Part shown: positions 40,325 through 50,407 of the stretch, in pieces
How positions within the stretch are numbered: the first letter of the stretch is position 1
How the letters are laid out: the number at the start of each line of letters is the position of its first letter
Assembly (NCBI GenBank): GCA_965224705.1
Contig: OZ245056.1
Coordinates: 1,376,001-1,440,000 of the forward strand
Length of the DNA stretch: 64,000 bases
Source of the DNA: Spirochaetaceae bacterium
GTDB lineage: Bacteria > Spirochaetota > Spirochaetia > DSM-2461
Reading direction: 5' to 3'
Notes under the pieces: generated by a model
Databases searched by the model: none
What the model was told of the DNA's origin: nothing
What the model saw: only the letters and a program-made list of their open reading frames with translations
Position numbers and translations under genes: made by a program

Positions 40325-43300
40325 TTAGGGGATGGCCTGAATTATGGCCGCGTGGGTGCTCCAACCTGCTGCATTACCTGTTGCGTTTTTGAAGTCATCC
40401 ACAAGATCAGCCGGAACATAGATGTCTGTTAAGCTAGAGGCGCGGGAGAATGCATCAGTGTATTGTGGTACCTTTCGGTCATCAGCAGCAACACTGCTGC
40501 CGTATCTCACGGTTACGGTTGTCAGTGAGCTGCAATCTATAAATGTCTCGTTGAGGTATGCACGAGCAGTCTCATGCAAAAGCGTAAGGTCTACGCTAGT
40601 AACATTGCTCCCCTGGAACGTCTTTTGTAGATTTGTAGAAGAGGTAGTTAGGGTGACGGCAGGGTTAGCAAATGTGACCCCCTGAAAATGTTGTCCGTCG
40701 TTAAGTGTTACGTTTACTATGTTATTGAAAGCTACATTGGCACTCTGAAAGGGGTAACTACTGAGAATTATATTGGCAGGAAACGTTGGGGCTGTCAAGG
40801 TCTTCACGTTTTGAAAAGCTGCCACCCCTATGCGTGTAAGACTGGAAGGAAAAGAGCTAAGGGCTATATCCGTGCTTTGAAACGCAAAGTCGTCGATGCG
40901 GGTAACGCTGTCAGGAAGACTGGTAAGAGCTGAAAGTGAAGAATTCCCAAAGGACTTTTCATGAATTCTCTTTAGACCTTCGGGCATCGTCACCGAGGTC
41001 AAACTAGAGAACAGCAATTGTTCGCCAACGCTGTCATGCTGATAGAAGGCTCTCTCATCGGACGGAACACTGACCGGCTGCCCAATCTCCGTCACGGGTT
41101 TCTCCTGCCAGTACGCGGGGATGGTGACAGAGGTAACGAGATCGACGTCAGCCTGCGTGAGTCCAACCTTATCATAAAACACAGCGTATTCAGCATCGTT
41201 ATTTATCAGGTCGTATCTAAGCTCTGCGGTGGCTGTCAGCCATTCGGCGTGGAGGGTCGTTACATCCGTGAAGGTGTAGGAATCCCCTGAGCGGTAGGTG
41301 GTACCCGAGCCGTCAGCCGCCGTGTTCCACCCGGCAAAGGCGAAGCCGCTTCTTGTAAGGGTGCCGTAGCTTGCGTCGGGGATAGTACCCGACAACCCTG
41401 CAAGCATCGCTGCCGCAGCATTTCCCGTTCCACCGTTGACATCAAGGACAACACCCTTCGGCGTGGCGGATACCTCGCCGGAGGGAGAGCTCTCCCCGGC
41501 CGCGGTGAAGGCGACTACCTTGAAGTAGTACGTGGTCAGGTCGGTGAGTCCATCGACCATCAGGCTTGTGGCGGAGTTGCCCGCTTCCCTGGAAGGCGCT
41601 GTTCCAATGTCAAAGCCCTGGGTTGTTGAATAATAGATCCGGTATTCCGGCACGCCTGCGCTACCGCCTACAATACCATTATCAGTCGGCGCGGTCCAGG
41701 AGACTTCCACCTGGGTGCTGCCTGCAGTGGCGCTGCCAATGGTAGGCGCTCCGGGAGGGGTGTTCCCCGCAACCGGCGCGGCACTATCTTCGTCGGACGC
41801 AGGGCCCTCGCCCATGCCGGTGGTTGCCGTTACGATGACGTAGTAATTCTGGCCGTTGGCAAGGGGATCTAACTCATGCGAAGTGGCCGGAGCTTGTACG
41901 GTTGCCTTGTCGGTTGAACCCGTTGTGACACCGGTGGAGGTACCCCAATACACGGTGTATTCGCTTATCACCCCTGCAATGCCGTTGTAAATACCCTTGT
42001 CGGTGGGGGCGCTCCAGCGTACCACCAGTTTGCCATCTCCCTGGTCGATGCTGGTAATCGTGGGCTTTCCGGGAAGCGCGTCATCCGGAACCGGTGTGCC
42101 GCTATCTGCGGTGGGCGCAGGGCCCTCGCCCATGCCGGTGGTTGCCGTTACGATGACGTAGACCTCCTGGTTGTTGGTAAGACCAGTTATCTCATACGAA
42201 GTGGCCGGAGCTTGTACGGTTTGCTTGTTGGTTGAACCCGTTGTGACGCCGGAGGAGGTATCCCAATAAACGGTGTATTCGCTTATCACCCCTGCAATGC
42301 CGTTGTAAATACCCTTGTCGGTGGGGGCGCTCCAGCTTACCGTCAGTTTGCTATCTCCTGGGGCAACGCTGGTAATCGTGGGCGCTTCGGGAAGGCTGTT
42401 CGCAATCGGCGCAGCGCTTGATTCAGTGGACGCAGGGCCCTCGCCCATGCCGGTGGTTGCCGTTACGATGACGTAGTATGTATCGCCATTGGTAAGACCA
42501 CTTATCTCATGCGAAGTGGCCGGAGCTTGTACGGTTGCCTTGTCGGTTGAACCCGTTGTGACACCGGTGGAGGTACCCCAATACACGGTGTATTCGTCTA
42601 TCACTCCTTCAATGCCGTTGTAATAGCCCTTGTCGGCGGGGGCGCTCCAGCTTACCAGCAGTTTGCCATCTCTTGGGGCAACGCTGGTAATCGTGGGTGC
42701 TCCGGGAAGGCTGGCAACGCTTATCAATATGATGATTTCCTGCGTATCGCCATCGTAGACGGTGCCTGTTTTTCCTGTCGCCACTATTGTGTAGGAGGTC
42801 TGGGAACTTCCTGCCGTCGGTGTGCCAGAGATAGTTCCGTCTGCTGCAAGGCTGAGTCCTGCGGGCAGGCTTTCACCAGTTTTCATGGCGTAGGTCGCCT
42901 CACCACTGTTGGTACCGATCGGCGACTGATCCGTAATCTGAACGCCGAGGGTAAAGTCACCATCATCGTAGGTAATCGTTCCCAGAGTCGGCTTGTCTGT
43001 CACCGTCAGGGTGAAGGTGGTGGAAACCGTGCCTGAGTAGTTATTTTGGCCGGTGGCCGTTACGGTGTAGATGCCTCCATCGCCTTGGGCAATAGCTGCG
43101 GCTATGGTGATGTCGCCGGCATTGGTGATGCTGAGGTGGTTGGTTGCTACACCTGCAGGTGCCGTAATTTCCAGAATGTAGTCGTCTCCCGCCGTGAAGC
43201 CTTGGGAAATCGCTACTTGAGGAGAACCGCCCGTTCCCGCCGTTACGCTTGTAGCACCAATCGTGAGGGTGAGGCCGGCGGCTGTGAGGCTCTTTTTGGT

Positions 43301-44311
43301 CACCGTCAGGGTGAAGTCATCGCTAACCATGCCTGTGTAGTTGCCTTTGCCGGTGGCCGTTACGGTGTAGTCGCCTCCATCATTCATGACAATGGCGCTG
43401 GTCATGGTGATGGTGCCGTCATCGGCGATGCTGACGGCGCCGGAGGTTACGCCAGGTCCCGTAATGCTCAAGCCGTAGTCGGTTCCCGCTGTTAGGGTGC
43501 CGCCGACCGTTACGCTATGGGTTCCCCCTGTCAGTGCCGTTGTGTTTGTATCGTCAACCGTGAGGAAGAATTCGGAGGAATCCAGGCTAGAGATATCTAT
43601 CTGATTTTCCAGCTTCTTCACCGTCAGGGTGAAATCTTTTGTGTCGCTCTCCGTTCCCAGAGTGATGGTTGCCCTCAGTACCACTGTGTCATCGGTTCCC
43701 GAAATGCCCGGGCGTGTCACAGCGGCGGTTTCTCCACTGGTACCGCTCAGGGTTATCGCCGTTCCGGAAGTTACTTCCCAGCTAATGGCGGTGCCCTTCT
43801 GGCCGGTAGTGGGCAGGGTAAAATCTAAATTAACGGCCGCCAAATCGCCGCCCGCCGCCGTTGTTATGTCCAGATCGGCCTTGTCGGCGGCTACCTTTTG
43901 GGCATCGGTTAATTCGGCGGCCTCCTCAATGGTAATGGATATTGTCGCCGTCTTTACCGTGCCGTCCGCGAGAGTGGCGGTAATGGTGTATTCCTTGGCT
44001 GCGGCGGCGGCCGTAGGAGTACCGGAGATAATCCCCGTGTCAGAGGCCAGTTCAAGGCCTGCAGGCAGGGCATCCCCACTTACCTTATACGTCACCCCGC
44101 TCCCCGGGTCGCCCTCCCATGTAGGGGACACTGCATTGATCGCGGTACCAGCCGTTCCGGTTACCGCAGAATAGCTGAGTTCCAATGGCAGCTCGGGCCC
44201 CCCGCCAGGGCAGGCTCCAAGCAGGGCGCTCATGGCAATGACCGCGAGCACCACCAAATAGAATTTACCTCTGCTTTTGGTTTTAAGATACCGATTTTGT
44301 TCGAAATTCAT
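40325..44311 (-). CDS. Large surface lipoprotein: Ig-like, 4x fibronectin III, InlB B-repeat, BspA-type LRR
   Basis: LLGAC lipobox; LPAGL..GIISGTPT Ig motifs; PGAPTI..VSWSAP..YYVIVTA repeats; FAGWNTAADGSG; IDDFAF/IGVAAF LRR; IYVP end; AGGAGG RBS. Confidence 0.85.
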   Translation of the reverse strand: MNFEQNRYLKTKSRGKFYLVVLAVIAMSALLGACPGGGPELPLELSYSAVTGTAGTAINAVSPTWEGDPGSGVTYKVSGDALPAGLELASDTGIISGTPTAAAAAKEYTITATLADGTVKTATISITIEEAAELTDAQKVAADKADLDITTAAGGDLAAVNLDFTLPTTGQKGTAISWEVTSGTAITLSGTSGETAAVTRPGISGTDDTVVLRATITLGTESDTKDFTLTVKKLENQIDISSLDSSEFFLTVDDTNTTALTGGTHSVTVGGTLTAGTDYGLSITGPGVTSGAVSIADDGTITMTSAIVMNDGGDYTVTATGKGNYTGMVSDDFTLTVTKKSLTAAGLTLTIGATSVTAGTGGSPQVAISQGFTAGDDYILEITAPAGVATNHLSITNAGDITIAAAIAQGDGGIYTVTATGQNNYSGTVSTTFTLTVTDKPTLGTITYDDGDFTLGVQITDQSPIGTNSGEATYAMKTGESLPAGLSLAADGTISGTPTAGSSQTSYTIVATGKTGTVYDGDTQEIIILISVASLPGAPTITSVAPRDGKLLVSWSAPADKGYYNGIEGVIDEYTVYWGTSTGVTTGSTDKATVQAPATSHEISGLTNGDTYYVIVTATTGMGEGPASTESSAAPIANSLPEAPTITSVAPGDSKLTVSWSAPTDKGIYNGIAGVISEYTVYWDTSSGVTTGSTNKQTVQAPATSYEITGLTNNQEVYVIVTATTGMGEGPAPTADSGTPVPDDALPGKPTITSIDQGDGKLVVRWSAPTDKGIYNGIAGVISEYTVYWGTSTGVTTGSTDKATVQAPATSHELDPLANGQNYYVIVTATTGMGEGPASDEDSAAPVAGNTPPGAPTIGSATAGSTQVEVSWTAPTDNGIVGGSAGVPEYRIYYSTTQGFDIGTAPSREAGNSATSLMVDGLTDLTTYYFKVVAFTAAGESSPSGEVSATPKGVVLDVNGGTGNAAAAMLAGLSGTIPDASYGTLTRSGFAFAGWNTAADGSGTTYRSGDSYTFTDVTTLHAEWLTATAELRYDLINNDAEYAVFYDKVGLTQADVDLVTSVTIPAYWQEKPVTEIGQPVSVPSDERAFYQHDSVGEQLLFSSLTSVTMPEGLKRIHEKSFGNSSLSALTSLPDSVTRIDDFAFQSTDIALSSFPSSLTRIGVAAFQNVKTLTAPTFPANIILSSYPFQSANVAFNNIVNVTLNDGQHFQGVTFANPAVTLTTSSTNLQKTFQGSNVTSVDLTLLHETARAYLNETFIDCSSLTTVTVRYGSSVAADDRKVPQYTDAFSRASSLTDIYVPADLVDDFKNATGNAAGWSTHAAIIQAIP

Positions 44312-44387
44312 GGAAATTCCTCCTAAAACTATTTTCAACTATATCCCCAACTTATTCAATTTAGGGATTTACAAAACAATACTTCTA

Positions 44388-44416
44388 ATAATACGTCCAA
44401 TGTTTGAGTTTGTCAA
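44388..44416 (-). promoter_or_regulatory. Sigma70 promoter of the large lipoprotein gene
   Basis: TTGACA-N17-TATTAT. Confidence 0.7.
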
Positions 44417-44446
44417 GTAGAAATTCCCTTTTTCCATCTTCTTCAG

Positions 44447-44503
44447 AGAATACTACCCCCCCCACAGCCTGCAAAAAAACGGTAAGATGATGAAAAGTCA
44501 GTA
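44447..44503 (-). promoter_or_regulatory. Putative promoter with G8 tract in the spacer
   Basis: TTTGCA-N17(G8)-TATTCT; homologous to 58004-58060. Confidence 0.5.
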
Positions 44504-44703
44504 CCCTGAATTCACCACATTCGCTTGCTGTCACCTTCAAATCTTTCAAAAACAGCCCGGCATCCTTGAGAACTTCCCGAAAAAGCGGGATTCCTACTGA
44601 GGTGAATGTCCGCCTGAATAATCAAAGCCCTCACTGCATTTGAGCCTCCCACCTCCGCCCCTCCGTGCCCTCCGAGAGAAACTCCCTTCCAGCTAAGCGA
44701 AAA

Positions 44704-44850
44704 GGGGGGATTCTCAAGGGGGACCTCCCCCTTGAGTCGTATTTTTCTTTGTTAAACTTTCTTTTTGTCGAAAAAAAAGAAAGTTTAGGCCCCGGATGCA
44801 TGGCCGAGCAGGAAGCAGAGCTTCCGACCAGGCCCAGCGGCCTGAGCGAC
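44704..44850 (+). repeat. Intergenic hairpin repeat family 3, copy 1
   Basis: CTCAAGGGG..CCCCTTGAG and AAACTTTCTTTT..AAAAGAAAGTTT hairpins; copy at 49391-49512. Confidence 0.75.
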
Positions 44851-44902
44851 TGCGGCTCGAGCGTAGATAAAACGACCAAACCATGCTATGCTGAAAAGCG
44901 TC

Positions 44903-46657
44903 ATGAAAAATCTGGAACAGGGAATCTCCGATTTCAAGGAATTCATCGACGAGAACTGCTACTTCGTCGATAAAACCCCTCTTATCGGCTATCTTATTGA
45001 CCACCCAAGCAAGGTGCACCTTATCACCCGCCCCCGGCGCTTCGGGAAAACCCTGAACTTAAGCATGATCCGCTACTTCCTGGAGGCACCGCCTCCTCCA
45101 AAAGGCCTCAAATGGCTAACCCTACTTCGCTCGCGCCGATCTGTTCCAGCTAATGCTTATTTGTTCAAAGACCGTTTCATCGCCTCCCACCCGCGCTGTG
45201 CCGAGTTCATGGGGCAGTACCCGGTCATTCACATCAGTTTCAAGGATGTGAAAAAATCAACTTTTGAAAAAAGCCTGAATTTCATCAAAGATGTCATATC
45301 GGATGAATTCATCCGGCACAGCTATCTGCTGGATTGCGGATGTATTTCAACACTTGAAAAGCCATTTTTTAAACAAATCATTCAAAAAGAAGCCAGGGAA
45401 GAGGATTTCGAAAAATCACTCAAATACCTCTCCGCCTGGCTCCACCGCGCCTACGGCAAACCGCCATACATCCTTCTGGACGAGTACGACACCCCCCTGC
45501 ACTCGGCCCATGTGGATAAGTACTACGACCAAATGATCGCCTTCATTCGCAGCTTCATGGTGCAAACCTTCAAGGACAACCCCCACCTGAAGCAGGCTGT
45601 GCTTATCGGCATTCTGAAGATTGCCCAGGAGAGCATCTTCAGCGACTTCAACAATCCCAGAGTCTCCACCATCCTTTCCCCGGCCATGAAGGACTGCTTC
45701 GGATTTACCGAGCCGGAACTTGAAAAAATGACCTCATACTTCGGTCTGGAAGACAAAATGGACGGAATCAAGGAATGGTATAACGGATACATCTTCGGCG
45801 GGGACACCGTCATCTACAATCCCTGGAGCATCGTCAATTACTTAAGCTCCCACGAGGAAGGACTGAAACCGCATTGGATAAGCACCAGCGACAACAGACT
45901 CGTCAAGGAAGTCATCAAACTAAAGCGCCGGGATGCGAAGATGACAACAGAAAAACTCCTGCGGAAGGAGGAAGTACGCAAACCGCTCTTAACCAACATT
46001 CCCTACACCCAGATAGAAAACGATCCGGATGTGGTATGGAGTTTTCTTCTCCACAGCGGCTATCTCAAGGCCTCCGAAATGCACCAGGAAGAACTGGGGA
46101 CCAGCTGGAGACTTTCCATTCCCAACAAAGAATTGGAGACGGCCTGGAAAACCGTTGTGCGGAGCTGGCTGAAGGAGGATCTCTCCGTCAACGAGGATTT
46201 TACGGACTTTGTCAGCGGCATCAGAGAAGCCAATCCCAGGCTGATTGAACGCGGCCTGAAGCGAATCCTCTTTGGCCTGGCCAGTTATTACGATAGCGCA
46301 CGGGACGAGGAGGAGAGACGGGAGAACTTCTACCATGGCCTGGTACTGGGTCTTCTGGCCTATCTTGGTCCGGCTTATGCCGTGGAGAGCAACCGGGAGT
46401 ACGGGAGAGGCCGCTCGGACATTGTGGTGGTCAGGAAGGGGAGCGATCCTGCTCAGGCCGAAGAGGCTTTTGTGTTCGAGTTTAAGCAGGGAAATACCGA
46501 TGCTGATACCTCACTGGAAGTGCTGGCCCAGGACGCTTATGCCCAGGCCGTGAAGGGATACCTTGACGGGGTTAAGGAGAAATGGCATCCGAAGGAATTG
46601 TTGGTTCTGGGGATTGGTTTCCGGGGGAAAGAACTGTCTCTGTATTGTGAGGCATAA
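44903..46657 (+). CDS. AAA-ATPase-like + PD-(D/E)xK nuclease protein (paralogue 2)
   Basis: Same motifs as paralogue 1; start at MKNLEQG chosen by alignment. Confidence 0.88.
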   Translation: MKNLEQGISDFKEFIDENCYFVDKTPLIGYLIDHPSKVHLITRPRRFGKTLNLSMIRYFLEAPPPPKGLKWLTLLRSRRSVPANAYLFKDRFIASHPRCAEFMGQYPVIHISFKDVKKSTFEKSLNFIKDVISDEFIRHSYLLDCGCISTLEKPFFKQIIQKEAREEDFEKSLKYLSAWLHRAYGKPPYILLDEYDTPLHSAHVDKYYDQMIAFIRSFMVQTFKDNPHLKQAVLIGILKIAQESIFSDFNNPRVSTILSPAMKDCFGFTEPELEKMTSYFGLEDKMDGIKEWYNGYIFGGDTVIYNPWSIVNYLSSHEEGLKPHWISTSDNRLVKEVIKLKRRDAKMTTEKLLRKEEVRKPLLTNIPYTQIENDPDVVWSFLLHSGYLKASEMHQEELGTSWRLSIPNKELETAWKTVVRSWLKEDLSVNEDFTDFVSGIREANPRLIERGLKRILFGLASYYDSARDEEERRENFYHGLVLGLLAYLGPAYAVESNREYGRGRSDIVVVRKGSDPAQAEEAFVFEFKQGNTDADTSLEVLAQDAYAQAVKGYLDGVKEKWHPKELLVLGIGFRGKELSLYCEA

Positions 46658-46731
46658 TCTCTCACGGAACGAGTTCACGGAGATTATTCAAGGCTTCCAT
46701 TCCCCATAGCATTCCGCTATAATGCAAAATT

Positions 46732-48486
46732 ATGCAAACCTTGCAACTGGGCATATCGGATTTCAAGAAATTTATCGACGAAGGCTGCTATTTTGTCGAT
46801 AAGACCCATCTTATCCGTTACCTTATTGATAATCCCTGCGAAGTCCATCTTATAACCCGTCCCCGCCGCTTCGGCAAAACCTTGAACTTAAGCATGATTC
46901 GCTATTTTCTGGAGGCCCCAACTCCGCCAAAAGGACCAAAATGGCTTGCCCGGCTTCGCTTGCGCCGAGCTGTTCCATCCAATGCCTATTTGTTCAAAGA
47001 CCGTTTCATCGCCTCCCACCCGCGCTGTGCCGAGTTCATGGGACAGTACCCGGTTATTCAGTTGAGCTTCAAGAATGTAAAGAGTGCAAGCAAAGAAGAA
47101 AGCATGGATTTAATGAAGTCCGTCATCGCGGATGAATTCGAGAGGCATAACTATCTTCTTGATAGAGAATTTCTCGATGAATTGAAGATAGAATACTATA
47201 CGAAAATCCAGAACAGAAAAGGTACGGACGGTGACTATACCCAGTCCATCAAATACCTCTCCGCCTGGCTTCACCGCGCCTACGGCAAACCGCCATACAT
47301 CCTTCTGGACGAGTATGACACACCCCTGCATTCGGCCCATCTGGATAACTACTACGACCAGATGATCGCCTTCATCCGCAGCTTCATGGTGCAAACCTTC
47401 AAGGACAACCCCCACCTGAAGCAGGCTGTGCTCATTGGCATACTGAAAATCGCCCAGGAAAGCATCTTCAGCGATTTCAACAACCCCAGAGTAAGCACAT
47501 TGCTGGATCCGGAAATTGAAGACACATTCGGGTTCACAGAATCCGAAGTGGAAGCCATGGCCGCTCACTTTGGCCTGGAGAATACCATGGATGGTATAAA
47601 GGAATGGTACAACGGCTACCTCTTCGGCGGGGAAACCGTCATCTACAATCCCTGGAGCATCGTTAGCTTTCTTGGCCGCCCCAGAGCCGGGCTGAAACCT
47701 CACTGGATAAGTACCAGCGACAACAGACTCGTCAAGGAGGTCATCAAACTCAAGCGCCGGGATGCGAAAATGACAACAGAAAAACTCCTGCGGAAAGAGG
47801 AAGTGCGCAAGCCGCTCTTAACCAACATTCCCTACACTCAGATAGAAAATGATCCGGATGTTGTATGGAGTTTCCTTCTCCACAGCGGCTATCTCAAGGC
47901 CTCCGAAATGCATCAGGAAGAACTGGGAACCAGCTGGCGGCTCTCCATACCCAACAAAGAATTGGAGACGGCCTGGGAGACCGTGGTGCGAAGCTGGCTG
48001 AAGGAGGATCTCTCCGTCAACGAGGATTTTATGAACTTTGTCAGCGGCATCAGAGAAGCCAATCCCAGGCTGATTGAACGCGGCCTGAAGCGAATCCTCT
48101 TCGGCCTGGCCAGTTATTACGATAGCACACGGGACGAGGAGGAGAGACGGGAAAACTTCTACCATGGCCTGGTACTGGGTCTTCTGGCCTATCTTGGTTC
48201 GGCCTATGCCGTGGAGAGCAACCGGGAGTACGGGAGGGGCCGCTCGGACATTGTGGTGGTCAGGAAGGGGAGCGATCCCGCCCAGGCCGAAGAGGCTTTT
48301 GTATTCGAGTTCAAGCAGGGAAACAGTGCCGCTGATACCTCACTGGAAGTGCTGGCCCAGGCCGCTTATGCCCAGGCCGTGAAGGGATACCTTGACGGGG
48401 TTAAGGAGAAATGGCATCCGAAGGAATTGTTGGTTCTGGGGATTGGTTTCCGGGGGAAAGAATTGTCTCTGTATTGTGAGGCATGA
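46732..48486 (+). CDS. AAA-ATPase-like + PD-(D/E)xK nuclease protein (paralogue 3)
   Basis: Same motifs; 3' half nearly identical to paralogue 2. Confidence 0.88.
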   Translation: MQTLQLGISDFKKFIDEGCYFVDKTHLIRYLIDNPCEVHLITRPRRFGKTLNLSMIRYFLEAPTPPKGPKWLARLRLRRAVPSNAYLFKDRFIASHPRCAEFMGQYPVIQLSFKNVKSASKEESMDLMKSVIADEFERHNYLLDREFLDELKIEYYTKIQNRKGTDGDYTQSIKYLSAWLHRAYGKPPYILLDEYDTPLHSAHLDNYYDQMIAFIRSFMVQTFKDNPHLKQAVLIGILKIAQESIFSDFNNPRVSTLLDPEIEDTFGFTESEVEAMAAHFGLENTMDGIKEWYNGYLFGGETVIYNPWSIVSFLGRPRAGLKPHWISTSDNRLVKEVIKLKRRDAKMTTEKLLRKEEVRKPLLTNIPYTQIENDPDVVWSFLLHSGYLKASEMHQEELGTSWRLSIPNKELETAWETVVRSWLKEDLSVNEDFMNFVSGIREANPRLIERGLKRILFGLASYYDSTRDEEERRENFYHGLVLGLLAYLGSAYAVESNREYGRGRSDIVVVRKGSDPAQAEEAFVFEFKQGNSAADTSLEVLAQAAYAQAVKGYLDGVKEKWHPKELLVLGIGFRGKELSLYCEA

Positions 48487-48831
48487 TTTGACTGCTGTGC
48501 GGACTTCTATAATTCCTGAGGTGTATCCAGTTCTGAAAAACTATGGCATGACTTGTCCGAATCCTTTTGCTTCAGCCGTGTTCACCTCATCGTTTAAAAA
48601 CATTGTTTTCTGCATCGGTAATGGACAGCCTCCCTGATCTCTGTCACGTCCATTGTCATCTCTGTGCAAACGGCAAAGGAACTCAGCACTGGAATAACCT
48701 GATTGTGTGGACTAAATACTTCGGCTTCGGAAGGGGGATTGGTGACAGTTTTCTGTCCGAGGGAAATTTCCGGCGGTTTTAAGACTCCTTTTCTCTGTTT
48801 TGTGATAGGATTACCCCAATGGGGTACAATT

Positions 48832-49377
48832 GTGGCACTGAGCAGGAACGAAATAAAAGACAGGTCTCTGGCTTTTAGCCGGGAATGGGCCGGAGAAAGC
48901 CGGGAAAGAGCGGAAAAGGATAGTTTTTGGAATGACTTCTTCTCTGTGTTCGGCATCTCCCGGCGGCGCGTGGCAACCCTCTACCACTTCGGCATCCTCA
49001 CCTCAATTATGCACATGACATGGGTCAAATACACCTGTGGGCGATTGGAAAGCCGGTTCCGTTATTCCGCTGGAATCGTCTACAGCAACTACCCCCCGCC
49101 GAAGGCCTCCGGCGAGAAAAATAAAAAAACTGTTGAGCTAAAGGCACAAGGCGTATTGGACGCGCGGGAAAAATTTCCGGAAAGCTCCCTGGCTGATTTA
49201 TACGGCCTGCTAACCATGCCCCCCGTTTTAATAAAGGCGCATCAGGCTCTGGATAAGGCGGTGGATCTATGTTACCGCCCCCAATCCTTTAGCAGTGAAA
49301 CCGGGCGGATTGAGTTTCTGTTTGATTTGTATGGGCAGTATGTGAACGGGCTGGTTTATGAGAAAGGGAAGACGTGA
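48832..49377 (+). pseudogene. MmeI-like type IIL R-M gene with large in-frame internal deletion
   Basis: N-terminus ALSRNEIKDRSLAFSREW..FWNDFFSVFGISRRRVAT fused to C-terminus YHFGILTS.MHMTW..GRLESRFRYS..SLADLY..KAHQALDKAVD; no MTase motifs. Confidence 0.8.
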
Positions 49378-49390
49378 TGGGGGCAAATCA

Positions 49391-49512
49391 GGGGAATTCT
49401 CAAGGGGGCCACCCCCTTGAGTCGTCTTTTTTCTTTGTTAAACTTTCTTTTTGTCGAAAAAAAAGAAAGTTTAGGCCCAGCGGCCTGAGCGACCAGTTTA
49501 GGCCCAGCGGCC
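49391..49512 (+). repeat. Intergenic hairpin repeat family 3, copy 2
   Basis: Matches 44704-44850 with an internal deletion and a short tandem duplication. Confidence 0.75.
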
Positions 49513-49525
49513 CGAGGGGCTGTAT

Positions 49526-50407
49526 ATGAACTATTCACCTTTGCGTTATCCGGGCGGAAAAAGCGCGCTCGCCCCCTTCTTGGAAAGTGTCATTCTGTGC
49601 AATAATTTTGAAGATTATACCTATATTGAGCCATTTGCCGGAGGGGCTGGAGCCGCTTTGACGTTGCTTTTTAATCGGGCTGTCGGTAAAATCCATATTA
49701 ATGATGCGGATAAGGCCATTTACTCTTTTTGGCACTCTGTTTTGTACGAAACTGGCGATTTGATAGAGAAAATAAAAAACACGGACATAACCGTTGAAGA
49801 ATGGTATAAGCAAAAAAACATATATGGAAATGAAGTTTCATTGCTTGAAAAAGGCTTTGCCGCTTTGTTCCTCAATCGCTGCAACCGTTCCGGCATTATC
49901 GCGACAGCCGGACCGATTGGCGGGCTGGAACAGAATGGCAGGTGGAAAATTGATGCCAGGTTCAACAAAGTGAGTATAATTTCCCGAATCAAAAGGATAG
50001 CAGACGAAAAAAAGAACATACTTCTATCTTCGTATGACGCACGGGAATTGATAACCAAAACAGATCGGGACAATTACTTCTTCTATCTGGACCCGCCCTA
50101 TTATACCAAAGGTGGTAAACTTTATTTTAATGTCATGAAAGATTGCGATCACAATGATATAGCAGAGTTGATTCAAAAATTTCCCGGACCATGGATTATG
50201 ACTTATGACAACGCGGCTTATATAAAATCTTTGTATGCTCCAAAGGACAATATCAAAATTTATGGCTTCGACTTACGCTACAGTCTGCAAAACAAGGCGA
50301 TTTACAAGGAGCTTTTAATAGCTCCTGACACGCTTTTTCTACCGCAAAGGTTAAAAATAAACGGTAAATACCAAAATTACAGGCAGGAAGGAGTACTGTA
50401 TGGCTGA
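49526..50407 (+). CDS. Dam-like (D12 class) DNA adenine methyltransferase
   Basis: SPLRYPGGK, YIEPFAGGAG, IND, FYLDPPYY. Confidence 0.9.
   Translation: MNYSPLRYPGGKSALAPFLESVILCNNFEDYTYIEPFAGGAGAALTLLFNRAVGKIHINDADKAIYSFWHSVLYETGDLIEKIKNTDITVEEWYKQKNIYGNEVSLLEKGFAALFLNRCNRSGIIATAGPIGGLEQNGRWKIDARFNKVSIISRIKRIADEKKNILLSSYDARELITKTDRDNYFFYLDPPYYTKGGKLYFNVMKDCDHNDIAELIQKFPGPWIMTYDNAAYIKSLYAPKDNIKIYGFDLRYSLQNKAIYKELLIAPDTLFLPQRLKINGKYQNYRQEGVLYG

Noticed and set aside
44903..48486. Near-identical gene pair as DGR template/variable region
   Set aside because: No reverse transcriptase in window, differences not adenine-specific, both copies are full genes
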